DNA of 58,656 nucleotides from NCBI GenBank assembly GCA_001938485.1, contig MQRK01230279.1, positions 26,824 through 85,479 of the forward strand, read 5' to 3'. Below are positions 12,801 through 24,700 of the stretch, in pieces. A program made the position numbers and the translations under genes. How positions within the stretch are numbered: position 1 is the first letter of the stretch; each line of letters begins with the position of its first letter. The notes below the pieces were generated by a model that was not told the origin of the DNA, ran no database searches, and worked only from the letters and a program-made list of their open reading frames with translations. The DNA is from Girardia tigrina. Its lineage: Eukaryota.

Positions 12801-15800
12801 GTTAATTTATTTCACAATTTTTATTAGATTGAAAAGAAATTTAAAAAATAATGGCAAGTTTCTATTGAAATCAGTGACGCCATTCAAAAAATTAAATTTT
12901 ATTTTTGCAATATATTTCGGTGGATTTTCCACCATCTTCAGGCTTGATTAACAACAATTTCGTTGTCTTATTGTTGCAAATTGATGATTATGCTAACATC
13001 TTGTGTAATGACTAATTAAATATTTTCAACAAAGTGGAAGAGAGACTTGTTTAGACATTAATGGACGAATTAAGTGATTTAATCAATAATGCCTCACAAG
13101 TAACTCTCTCTCAATAATTTTAAAAATTACTACACAATATTTTAAAATAAGTTGTTTTTATCTCCGATCTAAGAACTTTCATATGTCCAGCAATATTGCT
13201 CCCATTACCCAATCGTCCATGCTCTTGAATCCGTTTATAGAGATGACGAGACGTCTCTCCAATGTATGTGGCATTGTACCTGTTCGATTCGCATGGGGGG
13301 CCCATATCGAGGTGCACCCAAGGAAAAACACAGTGACAGTTTCATCTCATGGCTCATTCCCACCGTCGATTGTCTCATTTGTTTTGGAGAGGATTTGTTG
13401 AAGAGAGGGGATAGTAGCTCGTGTGAAAATGTGATTGATGCATTTTGCAATTATTTTGTTCTCTCCATTTCCGGAAATCTGACGGCTGTTCGTCGAACAC
13501 TTCGGACAATTTTGAATATGAGGAATCATTTGATACAACATGTGGAGTATTGCAGATTGATTGGTTCGTTTTTCTTATGATCGGTAAAATGATTTGTAAT
13601 CGCGTTGAGAGTCTGAATTTCATTCTCATTTGTTGCTTAGATGACTCCACTCCCACAACCGGCATCGGCGAGTCAATTGATGATGATGGCGATCACCTGG
13701 ATAGGGGGAAGCCTTTGATCAGTTAACCTTAGCAGTTGTGATTTTTTTCTCTGACTTGTTTTGTAATGTGATTTGATTGAATATAGAAAGAAAAGAGAGA
13801 AGTAGAAAAAAGATACCAAAATGGCACAGGATTGAATAATAAGGAGAATATACATCATCAGAAAAGGAGTTGTGTGGGGAAGCCGCGTTGTAGTGGCAAT
13901 TATTTTTTGTAGAAAATTGTTGTGAACTTTCGGCCGTTTTGATTGGCCAGTTGTTTTTGACTTTTTTAGAAATCGATTGTTTGAGTCGATCAATCGGGGA
14001 AATTTGGCGCAGTTATAATTTAATTTAAAATTGTAAATATTGCGGCCATTGATTCTGGAAAATATATTTGGCGCATTGTAAATTTAAATAAAAAATATAT
14101 GGCGGCCATTGAATTGATTTGTGTTCCTTTTGATTTCGAAATTTCAATGTAATCGACGATATGTTTCGACAATTGAGCGTCAATGAGAGAGTCTGTTTCA
14201 AATCGGAAATACCGTGGAAGTTCGTTGTGAGATTTGTCATGTATGGAAAAAGTTGGACGTTGTTGAGATGATTTATTAAAATTTTCGTGTGGCATCTTGA
14301 TGTTCGTCAACCGTTTGTGAGATTTAAAGCCATGAAAGCTGTTAGGATTTTGTTGAACGAATTGACCAATGATTTCGGGATTCCGGATAAGTTGTTCGGG
14401 CCAATCCTAGGTGCTTTATTAAAACGATTTTGGGACGTGAAAAGCTTCATAAGGTCGGAAACGGCGAACGCTGCGTCCAGATTACAGTCGCCTACGGACA
14501 TCTGTTGTCCGATCGCAGTCTCGTTGATCCATTTGTGCAAGCCCGATAGTTTTCGGTTGGTTTGAGGGCTGTTCGGATATGTTGAATGATGAGATCTGAG
14601 AGTTGACCAAGGACGAAATGTGGCCGAATCTATTGAAGATGATCTGCGTTCCCTCAAAAGCGAATCAGCAGGCCGAATTTGGTGAGTTCAGATCTTCTCA
14701 CCCCTCTCGTCCCGGAAACACCAAACTCTCAGCCCCGGGACGCCACCACCGCGTTGCACCCGCTTGTGCACCAACAGCACCCATTACACGAAAATTGTTA
14801 AACCATATTGGAACATAAACTCAAAAAAGTATGAGATTTATTACTGAACGTACTTTGAATTTTTATTAGATTGTCTACTTTTTGTACCTAGGTGTTTCGT
14901 AACAAATTCCTGAACCCCCCAACCCCCATGCCACAAATCTTCACAAATTGCCAGACCACCCACACCCCTTTAAGCGTTACATATTTAATGAACAGACCCT
15001 TACCTGGAACAGTTTTACGTCTAAATTACGATATTAGATCATGTAAAACAATCTTTTCTTTTATCATGATGATGACAGTTGATCTGTCGAAATATATTCC
15101 CGTTAAAAAATCTTTTTAAATATATAACTTTTGTTTTTCATAAAGTAAAATATGTTTAATTTTTATTTATTGTTTATAGGGAAATGTTCCTATTGAAACA
15201 GTTTATCAAAGTCAGAAAGATCAGTCAGAAACAGCTCATTCTAGATCTCGGCAATACGAAGAAAATTATACAAAATTTTTGACAGATCTTGAGACTACTC
15301 CGGCCTTGCATGGCATATTAACGGTACGGTGCCTCCTAGATGCTAACCAAAACTTTTTAAGAAAATACGGATTTACTGATCCATATTGGATACAAAAGAA
15401 GGTTAATAATTTTTAAGTATATAGATATAATTTATAAACATTTAAAAAAAGCAATCATTACTGGTACAATTATTCTGTTTTATATGAATCCAAGAGAATG
15501 AATCCTTCATTCTCTTTGGAAAAAAAGTTTATGTAATACTGATTGACCATTTTTCTTTTCGTTGTCTTCATTTATTCAATAATTTAATTGAAGTTTTGAC
15601 TTCGAATTCTTCATTTCCTCAAAAGCCAATTGTTTGATTACATGTCGGTGCCATTTGATTTAGAGGCAAAATTCGTGACATTCATTTTTCGTGCTTAAAG
15701 TGCAGTACTCTCAAAGTTTCACCAAGCACAGTATAATATTTTTTTCAAATCGCCCTTTTTTAACCACCTAGATTGGTGGTTGGTCGAACATCAATCATTG

Positions 15801-18800
15801 ATTATCATTGTCAAGATTACTTTTATTTTTTTAAAAAATCATTTTTAATCTTCAGTCATAATTTGTTTCTAGAATTTGGAATTCGCAGGATTGACAAGGA
15901 ATTGTTGACATGCGCATACGACGCTGAATCTACACAGAAGTCAATTCGTGTAATTTCTCAACAGCGTCTTTTGTGGAACCCGAATTGCTGGAGATTGAAT
16001 AATGCCTAGAATAGGGCCTAGTTTTATTGACAATCTGAGAATATTGATAATTGGCTTGTGACACTTTCATTGAAGCGCTCGAACCATTTTACTGCTGTAG
16101 TCTTATCGTTTTGACCTTTAACTGCAGAAGTTTTCTCGGTTATTGTACTGACTCATTTTATCAAATAGTAAACCAAAAGAACTCGAATTGTAATTGTTTA
16201 GGTTTTATAAAAAGAGGTTTACTTACTTGTCTGGTCAATTCTTGAATTATGGATGCGTAATCGATTCATAAAGGAAAAGCATTGAAAATTTTAGAGGACC
16301 ACAGAATTTATAGAAGACATTTCTTTTAAAGAAGCTCCCAGAAATTTTTCAATGTCCCAATATAAATATCTTAGTTTTTATAGATTGACAAACACTAGAA
16401 TGACCAGTGGTATTTGTTATCCATTGCATTTCCTCAACACTAAGATTTCGTTGATCACCTTTGTTTTCTTGATTTTTGTGTTATCATTTATAAATAATTA
16501 GTGCTTGATTTAGTATTATTAAAATTATTAAAGTCATCGTAAATTGAATTTCATTTAAAAATTTTAAATCCAAAGATGTTGAACCATCAAAAGTTTATTT
16601 GTATGCAAATGTAATGCTAAATTGCTGTATGTATACTAAAGATGTTTACTATCTTTGATTGGCCGAACTTTAATTATTATTATTCTGTGTCTAGAAATGA
16701 ATTTCGAGAAGTTTGTTTTGCCTGTCGAAAATAAAAAAGAATCTCAAGAAGAGAACAAAGTTAATCAAATAAATAATCGTTTTTTTTAATATTTGATAGG
16801 AAAAACTAAGATTTTAAAACGCAACAGTAATATTGCAAAACAGCTGCTTTTTTGTAAATATTCCTTGTTTTTCGGCCATTTATTTTTATATAAAATGCTG
16901 AAGAGTTATAAAATCACTGTTATTTATTATCAAATATTTACCATGACACTATTTATTTCATTCAAACTAGGGTTTATATGTATGAGTTAACTAGTATAAA
17001 TTGTATTTATATCTATTGATGCAGTCACCGTAGTAAATGAGATAAAAAGCGCTACTATCTTACCTAAAAAACGCCTAGGTGTTGTGTTCGAATAGTACAC
17101 ATATTGGGCTCATCATTCGAAATAAACGCTCAGGGCATAATATTTTAGAGAAACTCAAATATTTATCAAAAAAATTTTTTGTAGAGTATTAGGTGTATAA
17201 CTTAGTTTTTTGGATTTTCTAAGAGATGGTGTAACCTTTGCAATAAGCATTATTTTACAGTCGTGCGTACAGATTTTTAAAGTGCTGAAATCGAGGCATT
17301 AAAATTAAGTAGGTCATTGACCTTAAATGCGTCATAAACATATTTTTAATCACGTTTTAGCATGACAACTTTCATACCAACAAAACAGCATTTGCGGGAA
17401 GCACTACTGTTTTGCTTTAATCAAAAGAAAAAAACCGCAGACAGTTTTCGGCTTCTTGAAGAAACTTATGGTCAACATGCACCAACTCAACAAACTTGCG
17501 AGAACTGGTATAAACGTTTCAAAAGTGGAGATTTCGACGTAAGTGACAAAGAGCGTTCCGGCCAACCAAAATCATTCGAAGATGAAGATTTGGAATCATT
17601 ACTGAAGGAAGATTCTACTCACACAGAGAAAGAGTTTGCAAAACAGTTAAATGTTACTCAAGCAGCAATAAGTAAACGTCTACATGCTATGAAAATGATT
17701 CAAAAAGAAGGAAAATGAATAGCCAACATTGAAAGTCGATTACTGATATTCAATTCATTGCTTACAAGACAATGAAGATGGTCGTTTTTGCATAATATTG
17801 TGACTGGATATGAAAAATGGATTTATTATGTTAACTCTAAACGCTATAAATCGTGGGTTCATCCCGCCAAACCGCCCACGTCAACAGCAAAAAGAAACAT
17901 TCATGGAAGCAAGGTTATGTTGTGCATTTGGTGGGATCAGAAAGGTGTACTGTACTATGAGCTGCTGAATTCGAATGAAACTGTTAATGCAGAACATTAC
18001 CAACAACAGTTAATGAAATCGAACGATGCATTAAAGGAAAAACGTCCTATTCCAGCCAACAAACAGCGCACAGTGATTTTGCTCCATGACAATGCTCGGC
18101 CACATGTCGCAAAACAAGTAAAAAACACGTTGGAAACACTTAAATGGGAAATTCTACCGCATGCTGCCTATTCACCAGATTGTGCCCCATCAGATTATCA
18201 TCTGTTCCGATCCATGCAAAGTGCTCTTCGGGACCAGCACTTCAGAAACCAGGAACATATAAAAAATGGCTGGAACAATGGATCGTATCAAAAGACCAAA
18301 ACTTTTTTTCGATGGAATTCATAATTTGCCTGAAAGATGGTCGAAAGTCATAATTAACGATGGAAAATATTTTGATTAGAATAAAACTTATTATGTCATA
18401 TAAATAAACTTGTCTGTTCTGCAAAAAAATCCAAAAAACTAAGTTATACACCTAATAAATCATAAAAAACAATCTTTTTTACAATTAATCAGGCGTTCTA
18501 ATTGAATAGGCGTTTTATTCGAGGAAAATTTCTCCTTTTACGATAATGATTTTTTTGTATATCGCGAATGCAACGCCTAGGTGTTGTTTTGAGGTAATAC
18601 GGTAGGTAAAATAAATATATTTTTAAAATTTCACATAAAATATGTCAGACGCCACACGAGCAGCCGAAGGTTAAACATTAAGCAAAGATACACTAAACGA
18701 AATCAATTCCATTCTCACAAAATAATCATTGGTAGCTATCAATTGCCGTTTGAAAAAAAACGAAATGTTTACTCTATCATCCTGTACTTAATGAGTTAAC

Positions 18801-21709
18801 GGATAAATTATAAAGATGATAACAATTGACAGTCAATTTTAAATTAATATTAGAGCATACATATCATTTTACTTGTATCTAGTAATTTTTCAATGTTAAG
18901 GAAGAGGATGAATATATTCTGATATGAAAAATGTTTTTATCATCAATTAATTTCTACAGTATAAAAACATATCCGGTAATCAAGAAGAAATGTAACTTTA
19001 TTTTGCAAACAAATGCGAGCAATAATTGTCTAACCGACGTAGGCTGAATAAAAATAAAACTTTGTTTTCAAAATAATTATTTAACCATCAAAAATCAACA
19101 TTTCAATATTTAATTACAAAAATCCGTAAATTATATTCTTCAGAAAGAAAATGAGTTTGCGATGAAGATGTTTGAGTCAAAGATGTTACAATTAAGATCA
19201 ATGGCTTGGGATACAAGACAACTCGAAGTTATAATCGGTCTTCTTGCTGGTAATGTCTTTGATTGGGGTTCGAAAGAAGTAGTATTACTAATGTCACAAG
19301 CAAAAGACGGAATTATTGATTTTTCTGAAGCTGTTAATAAACTTCAGGTATAGTAAAATTTTATTTATTATCTTAAAATATAAAATAATATATTATATGG
19401 TTAATATTACAAAATATTTCATAATTTGAATTTGAATGGAAATTAAAATAAATAGTATGTCATGCATAAATAATCAAATGGTCATGAAAATACTTCCATT
19501 AATGAATCTTTAGTAATTATCAAAAATACAAACAAAAAAATATGGAAATAGAATTTTGTTAAAAAGAAATAATATATGGAATCGATATAAAAATATTCTT
19601 AAGTTATCTTTCTAACTAAGCCGAAGTCTTCTCTAAGGATTCAAATCTTCAAAAGTTCCTTTTTTGATGTTTTAATCCTGTAATTATTGTTTTTGAGATT
19701 ATGAAAACAACCACTCACTCGAACGTTATCACCAGGGCCCCCAGATTAGTGACCTAAATCTTAAAAAATTACTTTCATTGATTTTATTGACATTTCAGAT
19801 ATTAAATAAGATAATTACACCAGTTTTATTGACTTAAAAAATGGCCTATAAAATTAAAAAAATTCCTTCTAAAAAGTAATATTGATTTTTTATTCTTTTC
19901 CTTTGTGTTAAGAGAACTCATACATTTGATAGAACAGTTATTACATTCACAATTTTGATCATCTCTATGACAATCAATAGCATTGCTCTCACTTAAATTC
20001 ATCACTCAATGTTTAATACTTCTCATCCCAAATCTTAACTTACTTGAAAAAAATTATTTTATTTAAAATATTTACTTTAAATTTTAAAAACATTAATTTG
20101 ATTTAATTAATTAAAAATTTTAAAAATACAATTAATTTAATTATTTAAAATTTACAATAATAATAAATTAAAAATTTATATATTAAATTTAAATTTGAAT
20201 AAATTAATTTCAGATTATAAGAATTAAAATATTGATCATCCATCTGATTAGGAGAGACACGATCCCAAATCAACACACAACATTTAAACATACAATACAC
20301 AAGACATCAACATTCCAAATATTCCTGACACTCTGATTTTTAAAAAATCATACTAACATCGGTATTGTTGAATTATGAAACCAATCTTTAAACAAATTCA
20401 AACTAGTATATCAAAAATTTTTTCACATCTATGCTTTATGCGGACAGAACTCTACTTGTCTAACAGAATGTTTTTGTTATATTTTATAGAAGGAAAAATT
20501 ACTGTTACATTTTCTAATAAATTTATTAGTAACTATTTAAGTCTTTTGTAGAAGGGAAAATTTCATTAAAAAAATTTTTACAATTCGACCTTATTGGATA
20601 GGGTATTGATGTATCTAAAGGTTTTCTCAAGTTAAAGCATAAAGCATATCCTCAAGTTAAGCATAATTGTAACATCATATGTTATTCATGTTATAAGTAA
20701 ACATGATTCCAGATAATCTAGAAACAAATAAATTTTTTTGAGAGCCATAGTAACACTTAGCATTAATCAATCTTGTTTCGTTGCATTTCAAAATATGAGT
20801 TTGCATAAATTTGAGTTTTTCAACATTAGGTTTACTACTTAGTAATAATTCGTTTTATATATGCCAATCAATTTTATGTTATAAACATTTTGAGTACCGC
20901 GTTTGTTAACCTTCTAAATATTTTTCATAAGTAGATAAAATTCGAGGAAGCGTTTATTTGTACAAATCTCTTTATCAGTATATAATGGATATTACGATTT
21001 TACATCTGAAATTGTTTTAGTAAATGAAAGCATTTAATTTTATTTTCCAATCACGTTTTTGGTTTAGGATGTAGAAAAGATAAATTATTTAGAATATTAA
21101 AAATTTCTAATTCTGCCTTATTATATCAAAAATTATTATTAATATAAATGCATAAAGTTTTATGGTATAGAAATATTTTTAGCCGAGACCCTGGCTCATC
21201 GATTGTTATGATAAATGGTTCGTCAAATTAAAATCGAAACCACCAGATGAACCCGTATACCAGAGTATATTAATATTTTGTGACAACAGCGGATTCGATT
21301 TTATAATCGGTGTTATACCATTTGCCTTAGAATGTTTATCAAGAGGATCCACTGTCACATTGACTGCGAATACCGGTGGGAAAAGATTTAATCTTTGAAT
21401 TATTATTAAAGTAAATTATTAATTTTCTTAGAACCTTCTATTAATGATGTTACATATTCGGAGATTGTAATATTGATAAAGAATTTATCCTCTTTATCAC
21501 CAGAACTAGATTTGGCTGTAAAAACTAAAAAGTTATTATTAGTGCCTAATGGACAAGTTTCACCTTGTCTGGATTTAAGATTTGTCTCTCGAGCATTAAA
21601 CTATGTTACAGAATCGTCTAAGGTTGTTATATTTATAATTACACATTTTGAATTATATATATTAAAACTTAATTTGAATCCATTTTTCCATTCTTTTTAT
21701 TAGCTTACT

Positions 21710-21756
<47 letters not shown>

Positions 21757-24700
21757 GAAACCTATTTTTGAAGGCCTTTTACGAGTAAAAGTACGTCGTT
21801 ATTGAAAATAAAGAATTTCATGGAGCGTTGTATAGAATAAATGTGTTCTGTTTACATGTTTTGTTATCTTGAAAATATGAGTGGAAAAACGAAAAAACTT
21901 TTGAATCATCCTAGACTTCGAATTCTTCATTTCCTAGTAACTCCGTCTGTCCTGATTACACCAAATATGATTTTTTAAATCTACAAACTAATCAAACCGG
22001 CTGCTGGAAAAATAACCACATAAAACAATATGAAATTCAAGTGCTCAAATTTTTATTCGACACTTACTTTGTTTATTATTGATATTTTCTCTTTTCACCA
22101 TCTCTTACTTTTGAACAGCAGTTTCACGCGGAAATTAAAATCAATTTAAAATTTTATACTTTGAATTTTTGTAAAACTAATTCGTATTAATATTATATTT
22201 TAAATAATTTTAAATAGTTTGACATTTTAAAGAAATTGCAGCCACATTGCGGATAATAGTTGGCTCGGCCTATTATAAACTGTAAAACTAATATTAATTT
22301 TATCTAGATGAAATATTTGAAAATTGCGTCCCGTATTTTTATATCTATAAATGAATTATAATTAAGAGATATAATCAATAAGTATGATTTTATATATCAT
22401 CATTTTAACATCCCGGTTCTTTTTTTAAGGAAACGTTTATATTTTATTTTTTTTCATAATTTAAATTTAACGAATGAGTAATTCTTTGATCCATTGACTG
22501 AATGTTAGAGACAATATGTAAAGATTCGTGTCAGAGTTCGATTTTAGAAAAATAAGGCGATGCGTCTAAAGATAGAAAAAAAGGAATAATTTGCTTAGTT
22601 TAAACTATTAGGTTAGTCGAAAAATAATGGCGATTTTTGAGCTTTATACTTTGTTTATCTACTTTGATATGTATATAAGTTTAAATGCATTAGTGTTAGA
22701 TATTATTTGAAATCTTATGCATAACTGTATATTCCTATAGCCATTATTAACATATTGCTGTTATTTTTTAGAATATTTACGGTGCTAAATTAATAATGGA
22801 AAAAATTAAAATTCGAGCAATTTTCTTGTATGAATATAAACTGGGTCGTAAAGCAGCAGAAACGGCTCGCAATATCAATAAAGCGTTTAGCAAGGGAACA
22901 GCTTCTGAGCACACGTTGCAACGATGATTCCGAAAATTTTCTGATGGAGATGAAAACCTTGAAGATGAAGAAGGTCGTGGTCGTCCAGTTGCTGTGAACA
23001 ACGACAATTTGAAGACAATGGTGGAAACAGATCCCCGTACAACAATNNNNNNNNNNNNNNNNNNNNNNNNNNNNNNNNNNNNNNNNNNNNNNNNNNNNNN
23101 NNNNNNNNNNNNNNNNNNNNNNNNNNNNNNNNNNNNNNNNNNNNNNNNNNNNNNNNNNNNNNNNNNNNNNNNNNNNNNNNNNNNNNNNNNNNNNNNNNNN
23201 NNNNNNNNNNNNNNNNNNNNNNNNNNNNNNNNNNNNNNNNNNNNNNNNNNNNNNNNNNNNNNNNNNNNNNNNNNNNNNNNNNNNNNNNNNNNNNNNNNNN
23301 NNNNNNNNNNNNNNNNNNNNNNNNNNNNNNNNNNNNNNNNNNNNNNNNNNNNNNNNNNNNNNNNNNNNNNNNNNNNNNNNNNNNNNNNNNNNNNNNNNNN
23401 NNNNNNNNNNNNNNNNNNNNNNNNNNNNNNNNNNNNNNNNNNNNNNNNNNNNNNNNNNNNNNNNNNNNNNNNNNNNNNNNNNNNNNNNNNNNNNNNNNNN
23501 NNNNNNNNNNTCTTCATGATAACGCTAGACCTCATATTTTAAAAGTGACTCTTCAAAAGCTTAATGAGTTGGGCTATGAAACCCTGCTTCATCCACCATA
23601 TTCACCAGACCTCTCGCCAACGGACTTCTTTTTTTTAGGCATTTGTACAACTTCCTACGTGAAAAAATTTTCAAAAACCAAAATGATGCTCAAGATGCCT
23701 TCCGAGAATTCGTTGCTTCGAGAACCGATGCATTTTATGCTGATGGAATAAAACAACTTGTTTCTCGTTGGCAAAAATTTATTGATGTCAATGGTTCATA
23801 CTTTGATTAATAAACTTTTGTTTCTGTGAATTTGCACGTCTTTGAAGTTTGTGTCCCAAAACCGCCATTATTTTTCGACAAATCTAATATTAATGAAAAT
23901 TTAGAAAAATCAATGATTTTATTATTCTAAGATTATTTGATAGATATTTTTTTCAAAATACCAAAAATCTTTTATAATCCTTCCTTTGAATGTTTACCTT
24001 TGATAGTTTACCGTAACATGTGGTAATTATTGCCTTTTTTAACAGTATACCTTTCATCATAATGTCCTGGTATTGTTTCTTTTGGAAATATGGGCCCGTT
24101 GAGAGTAATTTAACATCGATAGATAACATGTTTTTAAATATAAATAGAAATTTTATGCAACATTTAGTTTGCAATGAGGCCCATTGTACGACCAGCAACA
24201 ATTAGTGGTCTGATTAAGAAGCAACGCACACACAACAAGGGTTTATTCGTGTGTGGTCACGATATTTAATGCTTATGTGATGTCAAAATGTAGAAATTGT
24301 TATGTATATGGTCCAATCACATAACTGAGAGAATAAACAGTTCTAATATCCAAGAGTGAATGATATAAATTTCTATTATTGTACCGGGAGACCACATATA
24401 TTGATTTGGTTCTTCATTAAATTGTTTGCCGTACATTGGGCTTGTAGGTTCACTGGTCATATAATCACTGTGAGACGGTGCTAATCCAGGAGGAGGTGGT
24501 AATCCTTGTTGAGCTTGCTGTTGAGGCGGATAACCTTGTCCGGCATTAGAAAAAGAAGCTGCGATGATAGCTTTATCAAAGAATTGTTGATTGGCACTGC
24601 TCTGTTGTTGAGTCGGTTGTTGTGACATTGACTGTTGGTTTTGTTGTTGATTGTTGCAACCGAAAAGTTGTGATGAAAAATCGGTCATTGATAAATACGG

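Larger units (their letters stand above)
12211..14999. mobile_element. Non-autonomous TIR element with TTA TSD (PIF/Harbinger-like) carrying nested insertions
   Basis: GGGGCTGTTCATTTAATGTGTAACG ... CGTTACATATTTAATGAACAGACCC, TTA on both sides. Confidence 0.7.

Noticed and set aside
13266-14818. Numerous overlapping short ORFs
   Set aside because: Expected in GC-richer LTR-like DNA; no recognisable domains apart from the GIY-YIG remnant
23953-24300. Possible degenerate zinc-knuckle ORF1 ([12 protein letters not shown])
   Set aside because: Needs multiple frameshifts; too weak
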